A DNA stretch of 20,000 bases, taken from an uncultured virus (IMG/VR IMGVR_UViG_3300030012_002620). Its lineage: Duplodnaviria; Heunggongvirae; Uroviricota; Caudoviricetes; Crassvirales. The stretch lies in the IMG/VR virus record IMGVR_UViG_3300030012_002620; one strand, given 5' to 3'. Below are positions 1 through 9,555 of the stretch, in pieces. Made by a program: the position numbers and the translations under genes. How positions within the stretch are numbered: position 1 is the first letter of the stretch; each line of letters begins with the position of its first letter. Under the pieces are notes generated by a model. It did no database searches and had not been told where the DNA came from. It was given only the letters and a program-made list of their open reading frames with translations.

Positions 1-543
1 TGGAAAAGAACTAGTGAAGTCTAAAACTCCAACATTGTTAATAGCGTTATCATTTAAATCTAAATCACCACCAAAACTATGATTACCAGTAAAATCAGGA
101 ATTGATACTTTACCATTAGAACCACTTATAGTAATTCTAGGAGTATAACTACCACCACCCATAATTTCAACATTACCTCCATAACTCCAACCATATTGTA
201 GTTTATTACTATTTGCTCTTGCTATAGTTCTTACAGTACCAGCAGAATCTAATGTTCGTAACTCTGCTGTATAAGGTAATTCTATGTGAGCATTAGGTAT
301 TATTTTATCAGAAAAAGTAACACCAGAAGTCGTAAATTGAACTCTATTTGTACTAGCACCATTTGGTCTCAAATATATATTACCATTACTTTTTAAGTAA
401 ACAGTACTAGAGTCACTTTCTAAATCTAAATACTTAGAACCAGTTGGTCTAAGTCTTAAACTAGAAGTACCGTCTGTAGTTATTTCTGGATACTGATGAC
501 TCCCAGAAGAATAAAACTCTATTTTATCAAATCTTAATGCCAT
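1..543 (-). CDS. Tail fibre/virion structural protein, N-terminal 181 aa (runs off window start)
   Basis: Not in the ORF track. ATG at 543, 4 nt after the upstream TAA, open to base 1: MALRFDKIEFYSSGSHQYPEITTDGTSSLRLRPTG...GGDLDLNDNAINNVGVLDF. G/S/T/N-rich beta-type sequence with a GGDLDLN fibre motif. Confidence 0.8.
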   Translation of the reverse strand, partial: MALRFDKIEFYSSGSHQYPEITTDGTSSLRLRPTGSKYLDLESDSSTVYLKSNGNIYLRPNGASTNRVQFTTSGVTFSDKIIPNAHIELPYTAELRTLDSAGTVRTIARANSNKLQYGWSYGGNVEIMGGGSYTPRITISGSNGKVSIPDFTGNHSFGGDLDLNDNAINNVGVLDFTSSFP

Positions 544-547
544 ATCT

Positions 548-3500
548 TTATATTAATCGTCTAAATTTAAATCTAAATATTTTACCACCATTAGAATTAT
601 CTAATGCTCCATTATAACTCATATTATGTTTTACTTGCAACATTAAACTTCCACTAGGGTGTCTTTCTGTTCTAAACTGTACATCACCATTATTAGGTGC
701 ATGACCAGCTCTATGTACAGGTATTTCATCAACATGCGAACTGTTAGTATTTTGACCATACCAACTTATCGTAGCTGAATAATATTCATAATAATGTCCG
801 CCACCAACGTTGAAATCACTTACAAAAACTTGCATAGCATATGTACCAGTAGCAAGATCTGAACCAGCAATATCAGTGTCTGTCCATGTGTTTGCAGTTA
901 ACTGGAATGTCATTGCAAATTCTTTTATCTGATCAATATCAGTACCATCTGTTGGAGTAAGACCGTGGTGAGTTATATTACCAGCAACACTCATGTCACT
1001 ACCACTAATTATAACAGCGTCTGTATCAGTACCACTACCTAGTCTTAGTACGTTTGAACCATTAGCATGAACTGCTGCATAACCAGCATCCCAAGTTAAA
1101 GTACCATAAGCTGTACTCTGTACACCAGGTCCCCAATGTGTTACAGCTGATGTTGTAGTCCATAATCCTTTACCACCAAAAGCTGCTGCTGTATACGTTA
1201 CATTACCAGTTGATGCTGGTGTTCCTGTTGTTGTACCAAATACAAACTTGTCAGCTGATTCATCCCATAAGAATGCTGCATTGTCTCCTGTACTTCCTCT
1301 TTCTATAATTAAACCTGAGTCATTTGAATTAGATGTAGCACCTCTGTTTAAACCTATAATATTATCTGATACGTCTAAGTTTGTTTGATTAACAGTTGTA
1401 GTAGTACCAGTTACTTCTAAATCTCCGTTTACTTTTACAGGTCCTTGAAACTCTGATAATAACGAATCATTAGTACCAAACTGTACAACTTCTTCTAAAC
1501 TAGAAGAGTTATTCTTTTTAGCAAATATTTTTGTATAACCTGAACTACCACCACCACCTCTATAAAAGTGTACACCTGTTACTTCAACTGAGTTATAAGC
1601 AGCTATTCTCCAAACTTCTACATTACTTAAATCTTGTCTATTATTATATAACTCTAATCTACTACCAGCGTTTTGTTGTTTTGTAAATCTAGCTCCAGTA
1701 GACGTGGTGCCTAATCTAAGATCATTATCGTGATATAATTCTACAGCACCATCTTTAATCATCTTTGCGTGATAATCATTAGTATCTGAAAGAAACTGTA
1801 TTTGAGAATTGCTTTTTAGTCTTAGTTGTCCTGTTCCTATATCTTCTATATATGAATGACTACCATCGTGATATATTTCTAAATCACCACTGTTTCCAAA
1901 AGTAGCTGGATAACCGTCTTTCCAATTAATAGCAGCATATATACTTTCATCTCTAAATTTATCAAGATAGTTTGTATCGCCTTCTAAATATTTATAAGCA
2001 AATATGTGGTTTATTCTAGTTGAGGTTGTATTCCAGTTAGTTAATGTATATCTAATTTTATTAAATGAAACATTGTTACCACCGTGGTAAGTTCTTACCG
2101 TGGCGTGAGGTTGATTATTTTGAGAATATATATTAGTGTAGTTAGCACCATTATCTGTTGATATTTCTATATCAATATCCTTAGCTCTCCACTGAGCTGC
2201 TCCAAAAGCAATACCGTACCACTGACCATAACTAAGTGCCCATCCAGCGATTTCTATTATTATAGTATCTGTGTTAGCTGTTGATACACTATATGTTTCT
2301 TCATGCGCGAGGAAAGCAGGACCTAACGAAGCAGCAGAAATAGATGTTCCATTTTTAGTTGCAGTAACTGTAAGTCTTCTATGTGCACCAGCAAACTCAT
2401 TTGGTGAAATACCTGGTATATAACAGTGATAAGTATCTTCTAAAGCTGTGTTTATTGTAAAACCTCCTAATTGTACTTGACTGTCATTTACTGATTTGCT
2501 ATAAAATGCACCAATATTTAAGTAAAGACTACCAGCATCACTACCTGCTCTTCTAAGATTTAAATCTTCATTATAAGAAGTAACTATACCCGTATCAACT
2601 TGTATTTGTTTGTTAAAATAAAAGTTTGTTCTATCTGTATTAATATGAGCATGTGATGTATTTTGTGGACCTATATCTATATAACCAGAATTAGTTGCTA
2701 TAGTAACTGCGTTTCCAGTACCGCTTCTTCTATATAATCTTGTGTTAGTATCATCAATATATATATCACCACCTTCAACAGTTAGATCACCTCCCATTGC
2801 TATATCACCAGCAGATGAGAAAGCAACTCTTCTTGTATTATCGTGTTGGTTGTTAGTTCCAAAATTAAAATTCAAGGAACTATCTCCAACACCACCTGTT
2901 GTTTTTCTAGCAATACTCCATACATCAGTGTTTGCATTACTACCAGCTGCTTCTACAAAATTAATTGCAGAACCCCAAGTACCGTCAGATGTACTTAATA
3001 AATCTAATTGAGCATCTGTATCTTCTATAAGACCTTTAGAATAAACAGTAGCAATACCTGCAGTGTCAGAATATTTTACATGAAGTTTTTCTAATGGGCT
3101 CGTTTCTCCAATTCCTAAATAACCACTACTTGTAAGAGTTAAATTGTTGGCGTGAGTTGTATCAACAGTACCCATAAATGTTGTGCCATTTGAAGTACCA
3201 AAATATGATATATCATTGTTATCTTGTATAAGAATTCTAGCTTTAGCATCTGTTGAAACAAAACTTGCAACAGTATCTGAACCTCCAGCGTTGACATCAA
3301 GTTTAGTGCCTGGGTTTACAGTTCCCAAACCAACATTACCTCCAGATTTTATATAAATACCTTTAGTAGATGTTGCACTTATGGTACTTAAAGTATCTGT
3401 AACAATAGATATATTTTGCTCATTATTCCAAGCGCCTAGCTGCATTAAATCTGTACTACCACCATAAGCAAAAATACTCATAGTGTTTTGACCTGAGTGA

Positions 3501-4831
3501 GTAAATCTTGCTAATTCATTTCTAACAGATCCGTCTGATTGTGCTGGTATTGTTACATGTAGTCTTGCGCTAGGGTTTCCTCCTATACCTAGTTTACCAC
3601 CAGTTATTGATAAAGCTGAAGAAGTGGAATTATCTCCTACATAAGTATAACTACCAGTATGCCATAAAATAGCATTTCCACCCCACGTTAAATATTTATT
3701 ATCATTTAAATTAACATGATGAGGAAATGCCCATCGTCCTTCATGATTATATGTAGTTGTATTAAAACCAGATGAATTAGCTGCTCTAGTATAAAGCACC
3801 ATTTCACCACCTCTAGTAGATGTGGTTCCTCCTTGTGTTCTTGTTCTTATTATACCAAGTCTATCGTCAGTACCTTCTGCAGCTGTATTATTCCAGTTTA
3901 TATCACCTATAATAGTTGAATCACCTGTTGTATCAAACCTTAAAGTAAATTGTGAGTTTCCTGAGGCAGCATCAATTGCTAAAGCACCAGTTAAAACACC
4001 ACCAGTTAATGGTAGTTTTGTGTTATCAGTTGATGATATATTTGTTAAGTTACTACCATCACCGTATAATGTGTCAAAATAACCATTTGCAAATCTTGTA
4101 ACACTGGTACCTATATCATGCGTTGAATCAGCACTTGCTTTTATGTCAGTGTAAAATATTGAGCTTCCAGGATTTATAACAAGTTTTGGTGAAGCATTAT
4201 GTACACCACCAACTCCTATTTGAACATTAGCAGCAGAATCTGTATTAGCATTAGTAATATATACATTACCTCTATTACCTATTATACCATAACCACTAAC
4301 TCGTAAGTTATTTGTTGATGGTGTAGGGTTTCCAGAATCTACTGCATCTGCTATAAATGTAGTTGCTGCTTTTACTGTACCTGAAAACTCTACATTTCCT
4401 GCTCCATCAAATGCTAATTCTTCTCTGTTAGAATCAGTTTCATTAACTATTCTTAAACCCTCTGAATTACCTAAACATATTCTATATGAATCATGACCAG
4501 ACCTTGTTAGTTTATAACCATTAGTATAAGTGGTTCCTTGAACAGCAAGAAATTTAGGCGCTTGAGTCTCGCCTATAAAAGTTGCACTATTATCAGAATA
4601 ATCTAAAGCAAATAAAGTTCCAGCATGAGCACCAGTTGATAAATTTCTTTTAGTAAACTGTAATTCATCATCCCAGCCATAAATTTTAAATTTTGATGAT
4701 ACATTTCCGTTTATATCGTGAAGCTCTAAAGTGTCAGTTTTCGTGTTTCCGTTAACCGTTAACTCACCATCAACTAGTGTCAGATTACTACTAGATTCTA
4801 AAGTTACATCTGATAAGAATTTTTGTGCCAT
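548..4831 (-). CDS. Large modular tail fibre / receptor-binding protein (1427 aa)
   Basis: Repeated fibre motifs GKLGIGGNPSARLHV, GNVGLGTVNPGTKLDV and GYLGIGETSPLEKLHV. Also DIGTSVTRFANGYFDTLYGDGSNLT, GDLEIYHDGSHSYI...GAVELYHDN and GDLEVTGTTTT..DNII.LN modules typical of marine phage fibres. Confidence 0.85.
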   Translation of the reverse strand: MAQKFLSDVTLESSSNLTLVDGELTVNGNTKTDTLELHDINGNVSSKFKIYGWDDELQFTKRNLSTGAHAGTLFALDYSDNSATFIGETQAPKFLAVQGTTYTNGYKLTRSGHDSYRICLGNSEGLRIVNETDSNREELAFDGAGNVEFSGTVKAATTFIADAVDSGNPTPSTNNLRVSGYGIIGNRGNVYITNANTDSAANVQIGVGGVHNASPKLVINPGSSIFYTDIKASADSTHDIGTSVTRFANGYFDTLYGDGSNLTNISSTDNTKLPLTGGVLTGALAIDAASGNSQFTLRFDTTGDSTIIGDINWNNTAAEGTDDRLGIIRTRTQGGTTSTRGGEMVLYTRAANSSGFNTTTYNHEGRWAFPHHVNLNDNKYLTWGGNAILWHTGSYTYVGDNSTSSALSITGGKLGIGGNPSARLHVTIPAQSDGSVRNELARFTHSGQNTMSIFAYGGSTDLMQLGAWNNEQNISIVTDTLSTISATSTKGIYIKSGGNVGLGTVNPGTKLDVNAGGSDTVASFVSTDAKARILIQDNNDISYFGTSNGTTFMGTVDTTHANNLTLTSSGYLGIGETSPLEKLHVKYSDTAGIATVYSKGLIEDTDAQLDLLSTSDGTWGSAINFVEAAGSNANTDVWSIARKTTGGVGDSSLNFNFGTNNQHDNTRRVAFSSAGDIAMGGDLTVEGGDIYIDDTNTRLYRRSGTGNAVTIATNSGYIDIGPQNTSHAHINTDRTNFYFNKQIQVDTGIVTSYNEDLNLRRAGSDAGSLYLNIGAFYSKSVNDSQVQLGGFTINTALEDTYHCYIPGISPNEFAGAHRRLTVTATKNGTSISAASLGPAFLAHEETYSVSTANTDTIIIEIAGWALSYGQWYGIAFGAAQWRAKDIDIEISTDNGANYTNIYSQNNQPHATVRTYHGGNNVSFNKIRYTLTNWNTTSTRINHIFAYKYLEGDTNYLDKFRDESIYAAINWKDGYPATFGNSGDLEIYHDGSHSYIEDIGTGQLRLKSNSQIQFLSDTNDYHAKMIKDGAVELYHDNDLRLGTTSTGARFTKQQNAGSRLELYNNRQDLSNVEVWRIAAYNSVEVTGVHFYRGGGGSSGYTKIFAKKNNSSSLEEVVQFGTNDSLLSEFQGPVKVNGDLEVTGTTTTVNQTNLDVSDNIIGLNRGATSNSNDSGLIIERGSTGDNAAFLWDESADKFVFGTTTGTPASTGNVTYTAAAFGGKGLWTTTSAVTHWGPGVQSTAYGTLTWDAGYAAVHANGSNVLRLGSGTDTDAVIISGSDMSVAGNITHHGLTPTDGTDIDQIKEFAMTFQLTANTWTDTDIAGSDLATGTYAMQVFVSDFNVGGGHYYEYYSATISWYGQNTNSSHVDEIPVHRAGHAPNNGDVQFRTERHPSGSLMLQVKHNMSYNGALDNSNGGKIFRFKFRRLI

Positions 4832-4841
4832 TTCATTTAAG

Positions 4842-6665
4842 TTACATTACTTTATGTATCAGAACTCTGTAATCATCGTCTGTTACTGAACTAGCAAATG
4901 CAACTTTAACTGTATCAACGTCGGTTCGTGTGATATCGACATGTACTGTGTCGTATGTAGGAGTTCCTGCTGAAATATCAACAACTTGAACAAGAACATC
5001 AAATGAATTTAATTGATGGTCTACTGTATAAGTGTTACCTGATTTTGTAACAGCTGATTCTCCTGCATCTAAATCAACAGCAAAGCCTGTTGCTGCTAAT
5101 GCACTATCTACATGAGCTTTAACTCCTGCTGGTGTAACAGCTCTAGCTGTATCTGTACCAGTAGTTGCTTCTGTATTTGTTGCTAATTCAAGAGCTCCTC
5201 TTTTTGTTGTTGTTCCTTGAACAACGTTAAATTCTAATTGGTTGGCAGATGGGTTTGTAATTGTAACCCCACCATGCTCTGTAGTTGTACTTAAAAATTC
5301 TACCGCTTCAGTACTTGCTACAGATGCTCCACCTGTAGTATTACTTCCGTCTAATTTTAAGTTCCATCCTATATAATTGTCAGCTCCACCTAAATCTGCA
5401 AGAGTTAATGTTCTTGTAGTGGCTGCTGTAATTACACCATCAGTTAAAGTTATATCATCAATAACTGTTGCCCCTGATGTTGTTATATCTGTGTCTGTTC
5501 CAATTGTTGGGTTGTATTCACCTGTTATTGGAATATTGTAATATGTTGATCCGTTATTAGTAAACTGCCATCTGTCACCATCTTCTTTAAAGTTTAGTAA
5601 AACGTTGGTAGAACCACCTCTTTCAATCTCAATACCAGATAATAATGTATTTGATGGAGAACCTGTTTGATTTTTATTAAGTACTATTATATTATCTTCA
5701 ATTGTTAAATTGGTAGTATCGATAGTTGTGGTACTTCCGTTTACAGTAAGGTCTCCAGAGATTGTTATGTTCCCACTAAATGTTCTTGCTCCACCAATAG
5801 TATTTTTAAGGTTGAATATAATTTCTTCTGAACCTTCTGTTGTAACTTCTGTAATTTCAATAGCATCATCATCTCCTGTAAATGTTACTGAATCATCATC
5901 CCCAGAACTTGCGTCTAACTTTAAAGAAGCAGAATTAGATCCTGCTGCCTCCACTCTTAAATCATATGTTGTATTATCAGATGCTGGTACTGTAACTGTC
6001 TTTGTATTTACTCCTGTAATGTGACCTCTTGCATTTGATGTAATACTATCAATAGCTGTGAATGTAGCGCCATAAGCTGGGCTTGCACTCGAAGTTGTGT
6101 TAGTTCTTGTAACATCTGCGTGACCAATAGTTAATGTGTCTGTTGCTGAAACTGTTGCTTCAATTTCATCTGATTGACCTACAGTTAAAGTGTTACCTGA
6201 AGCAATAGCTTGATTATTACCATTGCCATCTTCGATACTCCATCCTGAATAAGATGCAACTGAATTTGTTGTAACTCCTGTTATTCTACCTTGTCCGTCT
6301 ATTGTAATAGATGGAATTGCTGTAGCTGAACCATGTGTTCCAGAAACGTTTGCTATATCTGTTAAGCCTAAAGTAACACTGAATGCACCACTTGTTGCTG
6401 ATGCACTTCCTGCTTCTACTTCTAAACCTGTTCCTGCATTAACTGTTACAGATGAAATATCACCTGAACCATCTAGTGTAACCCACTGGCTTCCATTTGA
6501 TGAACTACCATTGTGGAACTTGATAGCATTATCTGACGAGTTGTATATTACTCTACCTTCATAATCCGCGCCTACGTATGTAGGATCTGAAGAAACGACA
6601 TCTAATTTTGCGTTTTTTAATTCTAGGTTTTCTAGAGAAATATTATGTAAAAATTTTATAGCCAT
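4842..6665 (-). CDS. Tail fibre/virion structural protein (607 aa)
   Basis: Thr/Ser/Gly-rich and acidic. Motifs ITIDGQGRIT, GDLTVNGSTTT..DNIIVLN and the fibre repeat ELATNTEATTGTDTARAVTP; C-terminal HQLNSFDVLVQV domain. Confidence 0.8.
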   Translation of the reverse strand: MAIKFLHNISLENLELKNAKLDVVSSDPTYVGADYEGRVIYNSSDNAIKFHNGSSSNGSQWVTLDGSGDISSVTVNAGTGLEVEAGSASATSGAFSVTLGLTDIANVSGTHGSATAIPSITIDGQGRITGVTTNSVASYSGWSIEDGNGNNQAIASGNTLTVGQSDEIEATVSATDTLTIGHADVTRTNTTSSASPAYGATFTAIDSITSNARGHITGVNTKTVTVPASDNTTYDLRVEAAGSNSASLKLDASSGDDDSVTFTGDDDAIEITEVTTEGSEEIIFNLKNTIGGARTFSGNITISGDLTVNGSTTTIDTTNLTIEDNIIVLNKNQTGSPSNTLLSGIEIERGGSTNVLLNFKEDGDRWQFTNNGSTYYNIPITGEYNPTIGTDTDITTSGATVIDDITLTDGVITAATTRTLTLADLGGADNYIGWNLKLDGSNTTGGASVASTEAVEFLSTTTEHGGVTITNPSANQLEFNVVQGTTTKRGALELATNTEATTGTDTARAVTPAGVKAHVDSALAATGFAVDLDAGESAVTKSGNTYTVDHQLNSFDVLVQVVDISAGTPTYDTVHVDITRTDVDTVKVAFASSVTDDDYRVLIHKVM

Positions 6666-6677
6666 CTTTCAATTTTT

Positions 6678-7385
6678 TTAGTTAAAATATGCATAACCTG
6701 CAATGTTCTTTCCAAATCTTATTGTAACATTGTTAGCATCTACATATTCAATCTTCCCCATTATTTTATGTCCCTGGTCATCTACTATCGTTACACTTGG
6801 TTTTTTGTTAAGTCCATGATTCATTGACCAAGTAGCTGACGGTGTTGCTTGTTCAACCGCTTTATGCTTATCCAGGTCGTCATACCTAAACAACAACAAA
6901 GATAATAAATAATCTTCTTCATCTTGTAGGCTTCCATTTCCTCCTTTGAAGATAACACCTATATCATACAAGTCTGTATTGTTTGTGTTTTGTGTAGAAG
7001 TATTCCATTCAAACACTCCAAATTGAGTTGGGTCATTAGCTTTTTGTATTAAAACCACGCTTCTTTCTATTGTTTCATAAAACGTATTAATATCGACATC
7101 TGCTGCTGATTTTTTATGTAATTGCAAAGTAGATATTGAAGAAAAAGCTACTGTTGCACCTTGATCTACTGGCAACCTTATATATCCATACGTTTGTTTG
7201 CTGTTAGAAGGTCTAATAAATTTAAATCTAGAGCCAGTGGTTTCTACAGAAGAACTTTTATTTAAAAAATCTGTTATATCTGATATTTTATAATTTCTTG
7301 TATGTGTTCCTGCAGAATCAGTTCCAATAACTTTATCATTCTTCGTCACATTAGAGTCTAACGCATAAGTGCTAATTCTTGCCAT
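6678..7385 (-). CDS. Virion structural/tail-associated protein (235 aa)
   Basis: First gene of the fibre run. N-terminal MARISTY..D...DKVIGTD module shared with 10728..10985; C-terminal WSMNHGLNKKPSVTIVD domain. Confidence 0.7.
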   Translation of the reverse strand: MARISTYALDSNVTKNDKVIGTDSAGTHTRNYKISDITDFLNKSSSVETTGSRFKFIRPSNSKQTYGYIRLPVDQGATVAFSSISTLQLHKKSAADVDINTFYETIERSVVLIQKANDPTQFGVFEWNTSTQNTNNTDLYDIGVIFKGGNGSLQDEEDYLLSLLLFRYDDLDKHKAVEQATPSATWSMNHGLNKKPSVTIVDDQGHKIMGKIEYVDANNVTIRFGKNIAGYAYFN

Positions 7386-7403
7386 TATAATTTTTTATAT
7401 ATG

Positions 7404-7411
7404 CAAAGATA
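7404..7411 (-). promoter_or_regulatory. Bacteroidota-type -7 promoter element TATCTTTG upstream of the fibre genes
   Basis: Exact TAnnTTTG match in a 44-nt intergenic gap, 18 nt upstream of ATG 7385. No clear -33 TTTG at canonical spacing. Confidence 0.65.
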
Positions 7412-7429
7412 ATATTTTAATCAAAGTGA

Positions 7430-7564
7430 TTATCTGCCTTGGCCTCTATATCTCTTTTGGTAGTTTTTGCTACTCACGCATTTTGAAGTCTTTGTTTTTG
7501 CGTGAACACCTGGTCTTTTCTTTTTCTGCGCTTTTACGTAAGGCTTATAAATTATCTTAGCCAT
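7430..7564 (-). CDS. Small basic protein ending YRGQGR (44 aa)
   Basis: Not in the track. MAKIIYKPYVKAQKKKRPGVHAKTKTSKCVSSKNYQKRYRGQGR has 15 K/R and no D/E. TAATG overlap with the upstream gene. The ending recalls small marine-phage proteins. Confidence 0.8.
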   Translation of the reverse strand: MAKIIYKPYVKAQKKKRPGVHAKTKTSKCVSSKNYQKRYRGQGR

Positions 7565-7878
7565 TACTTTTTTAACTCATACACAACCTCTTGTATATCA
7601 CTTCTGTTTAATGCCAATTTGAAATCTAAACCTGCTTGAAAGGTTCTTACAATTTTTCCGTCTTTTTCTATTAATATTACAGGAACAGATTTAATTTGAC
7701 TTTTAAGTTTAGGACCCTGGTCTTCTAACCAAGCGTAATCATATTTACAACCTCTTAAGTCTTCAAGATATACTGTATTTTTTTGATTCCACTTAGCATT
7801 GATTTGAACTACTCTAATTTGTTGGCTATAGCTTGTATAACTAAAAAATAAGAATAGAATTATAATTAAATTTCTCAT
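7564..7878 (-). CDS. Exported thioredoxin-fold-like protein lacking CxxC (104 aa)
   Basis: Signal-peptide-like N-terminus (MRNLIIILFLFFSYTSYSQ). VVQINAKWN lies where thioredoxins have F.A.WCxxC, followed by the cis-Pro-type motif IKSVPVILIEKDGK. ATGA overlap. Confidence 0.6.
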   Translation of the reverse strand: MRNLIIILFLFFSYTSYSQQIRVVQINAKWNQKNTVYLEDLRGCKYDYAWLEDQGPKLKSQIKSVPVILIEKDGKIVRTFQAGLDFKLALNRSDIQEVVYELKK

Positions 7879-8183
7879 CTTTTATAAACTTTATCTTCTA
7901 TTTTATTTATTCTTTCTTTATTATCTAAAATGTCTTCTTTAAGTACGTCTGTTGATTTTTCTATTTGTATAATAGTGCTTCTGACAAGTTCATCTTTTAA
8001 TTGAAATTCCATTTTTTGTACAAACTCATCACTGCTAAAATTATCTACTTTATTATTGAGGTCTTGTATTTCACCCTGTAAAGTAAACCACATGCTGGCA
8101 ATAGCTACTGTTCCTGCCACCAACATTCCTATTGTTTTTAAATCTAGTTTTACTTCTGTTTCTTCGCTAATTTTTTTTGCCAT
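7875..8183 (-). CDS. Single-TM plus coiled-coil protein (102 aa), paralogue of 9698..10003
   Basis: Hydrophobic IGMLVAGTVAIASMWF followed by heptad-like sequence; shares KDELVRST with its paralogue. Confidence 0.7.
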   Translation of the reverse strand: MAKKISEETEVKLDLKTIGMLVAGTVAIASMWFTLQGEIQDLNNKVDNFSSDEFVQKMEFQLKDELVRSTIIQIEKSTDVLKEDILDNKERINKIEDKVYKR

Positions 8184-8206
8184 GGTTTTTTATTTTATGT
8201 TCACAA

Positions 8207-8668
8207 TCATTGTTTTTTAAAAATACTCGTTGCTTTTTCTGTCGTCCTTCCTCCGAAATAAGCTAGAACAACGGCCATCATAACTTTTTCAAAAGTATCA
8301 TTCCATGTAACACCAATATTAAAAGGTATTGACTCTACGCTATCTAATATTCCTGCTAATGAAAAAATAGTTATACACCAAACTAAAACCAAAGGACGTA
8401 CATTCTTCGAAAGCCATGAATCTGATGCGGCGTCTGCTTGCCACCTGTTGGTTATAGATTCAATCTCCTTGTTTTGTTGTTCGTAAATTAATTGTTGTAA
8501 TTTTATTTTATCTTCATTACTTACATCAGATTTTCCAATTGCTGCAATTGCTTCTTTTGGACTTGTAACACCTTGTAACACGCTTCCAAGAGTTGGGTTT
8601 ATCATTCCAGCAGCTCCTAGCAACAATTTACCTACAGTTGTATTTTTAAACTTTTTCTTGTCGCTCAT
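8207..8668 (-). CDS. Putative holin (3TM holin / DUF3154-like, 153 aa)
   Basis: RWQADAASDSWLSKNVRP followed by hydrophobic helices and AYFGGRTTEK. ATGA-coupled to the endolysin. Confidence 0.7.
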   Translation of the reverse strand: MSDKKKFKNTTVGKLLLGAAGMINPTLGSVLQGVTSPKEAIAAIGKSDVSNEDKIKLQQLIYEQQNKEIESITNRWQADAASDSWLSKNVRPLVLVWCITIFSLAGILDSVESIPFNIGVTWNDTFEKVMMAVVLAYFGGRTTEKATSIFKKQ

Positions 8669-9126
8669 ATTACCATGTATTTAGTTTTTCCATCTTCTTT
8701 ATATGCTTTCAAACACCTGTTTCTGTTTTTTTGTGCATCTACATATGATACATGAACCCAGGATGGGTTTTGATCTGTTCCAAATTCCCATATCATTTGA
8801 TCATAATCAAGATTTGCTTTGATCCAGTCAAACATAGCCGCATTTGAAGCGTGACCATAAACATCATCAATATCTATCGCTTGACCTTTACAATGCTGAG
8901 ATTTTGTAGAACCTCCTATAGCTTTGTTAAGTTCTGGTGATCTATAAAAAGAATTTATCTTTATAGGTCCGCCCACCCAATCCCTCAAAGGTTGAAAAAT
9001 CATTTCAGCTACAGTCATCATATTTCCAAGATGTTCATCTGTAGGCGTGTTGTCTATTCCTCTCCTCTTTGCTGTTTCAGAATGGATAGCTTCATTGTAC
9101 GATACGTTTTTTGACAATTTATCCAT
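8665..9126 (-). CDS. Peptidase M15A-family endolysin (153 aa)
   Basis: Motifs INSFYRSPELNKAIGG, SQHCKGQAIDI and WVHVS supply the H/D/H Zn ligands; adjacent to the holin. Confidence 0.9.
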   Translation of the reverse strand: MDKLSKNVSYNEAIHSETAKRRGIDNTPTDEHLGNMMTVAEMIFQPLRDWVGGPIKINSFYRSPELNKAIGGSTKSQHCKGQAIDIDDVYGHASNAAMFDWIKANLDYDQMIWEFGTDQNPSWVHVSYVDAQKNRNRCLKAYKEDGKTKYMVI

Positions 9127-9508
9127 GAAATCTTTTTTGTTTCTTTTTAAATCTTCTAATAATTCCTTGTGCTCTACGCTCAGATATTTGTTTTTTTCTA
9201 GCGTCTCCTCCTCCTCTTTGAACTGTTCTATAGTAAGAATCTCCTTCTTTTGTCACACCTACATATCTGCTAGAACTTCTCTGGTCTCCTGTTAAACTTT
9301 TTCTATCTTTTGTTTTTAGCTTGAATCCTCCTTGTCTATTTACATCCATAGCTGCATCATCAATAGAATTATAGTCAACACCAACAGTCAATGTTTTAGT
9401 TTTTGATTTTGCCACGTCAAAACAAGGCACCCCAGGAGGACACTTCATTCTCGTAGACTTATTCTGTTTAGTAAGACTAGATATGTAAGAAAATTTATCT
9501 TTATTCAT
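9119..9508 (-). CDS. Basic hypothetical protein (~129 aa)
   Basis: ATG at 9508 preferred over the track's TTG at 9517, which overlaps the upstream micro-ORF. K/R-rich with a CPPGVPC motif; 8-nt overlap with the endolysin. Confidence 0.7.
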   Translation of the reverse strand: MNKDKFSYISSLTKQNKSTRMKCPPGVPCFDVAKSKTKTLTVGVDYNSIDDAAMDVNRQGGFKLKTKDRKSLTGDQRSSSRYVGVTKEGDSYYRTVQRGGGDARKKQISERRAQGIIRRFKKKQKRFHG

Positions 9509-9510
9509 AT

Positions 9511-9552
9511 TTAACAACCTTTACAAAAAGGACAATTGAAATCACAATCCAT
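9511..9552 (-). CDS. Cys-rich micropeptide MDCDFNCPFCKGC (13 aa)
   Basis: Fills the gap almost exactly: ATG 3 nt after the upstream TAA, and its TAA 2 nt before the next ATG. A-rich start context; 4 Cys in 13 codons. Confidence 0.6.
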   Translation of the reverse strand: MDCDFNCPFCKGC

Positions 9553-9555
9553 AAT

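Noticed and set aside
548..900. Peptidase S74 intramolecular chaperone at the fibre C-terminus
   Set aside because: No SDxRLK motif in the complete fibre genes.
548..6665. Possible DGR template/variable repeats or invertible fibre cassette
   Set aside because: Similarity between the fibre genes is at diverged protein level only; no near-identical DNA repeat, reverse transcriptase or invertase is seen.
9511..9552. Micro-ORF as a remnant of a radical-SAM enzyme pseudogene
   Set aside because: No flanking radical-SAM sequence was noticed and both neighbours are intact, tightly spaced genes; kept as a micropeptide instead.
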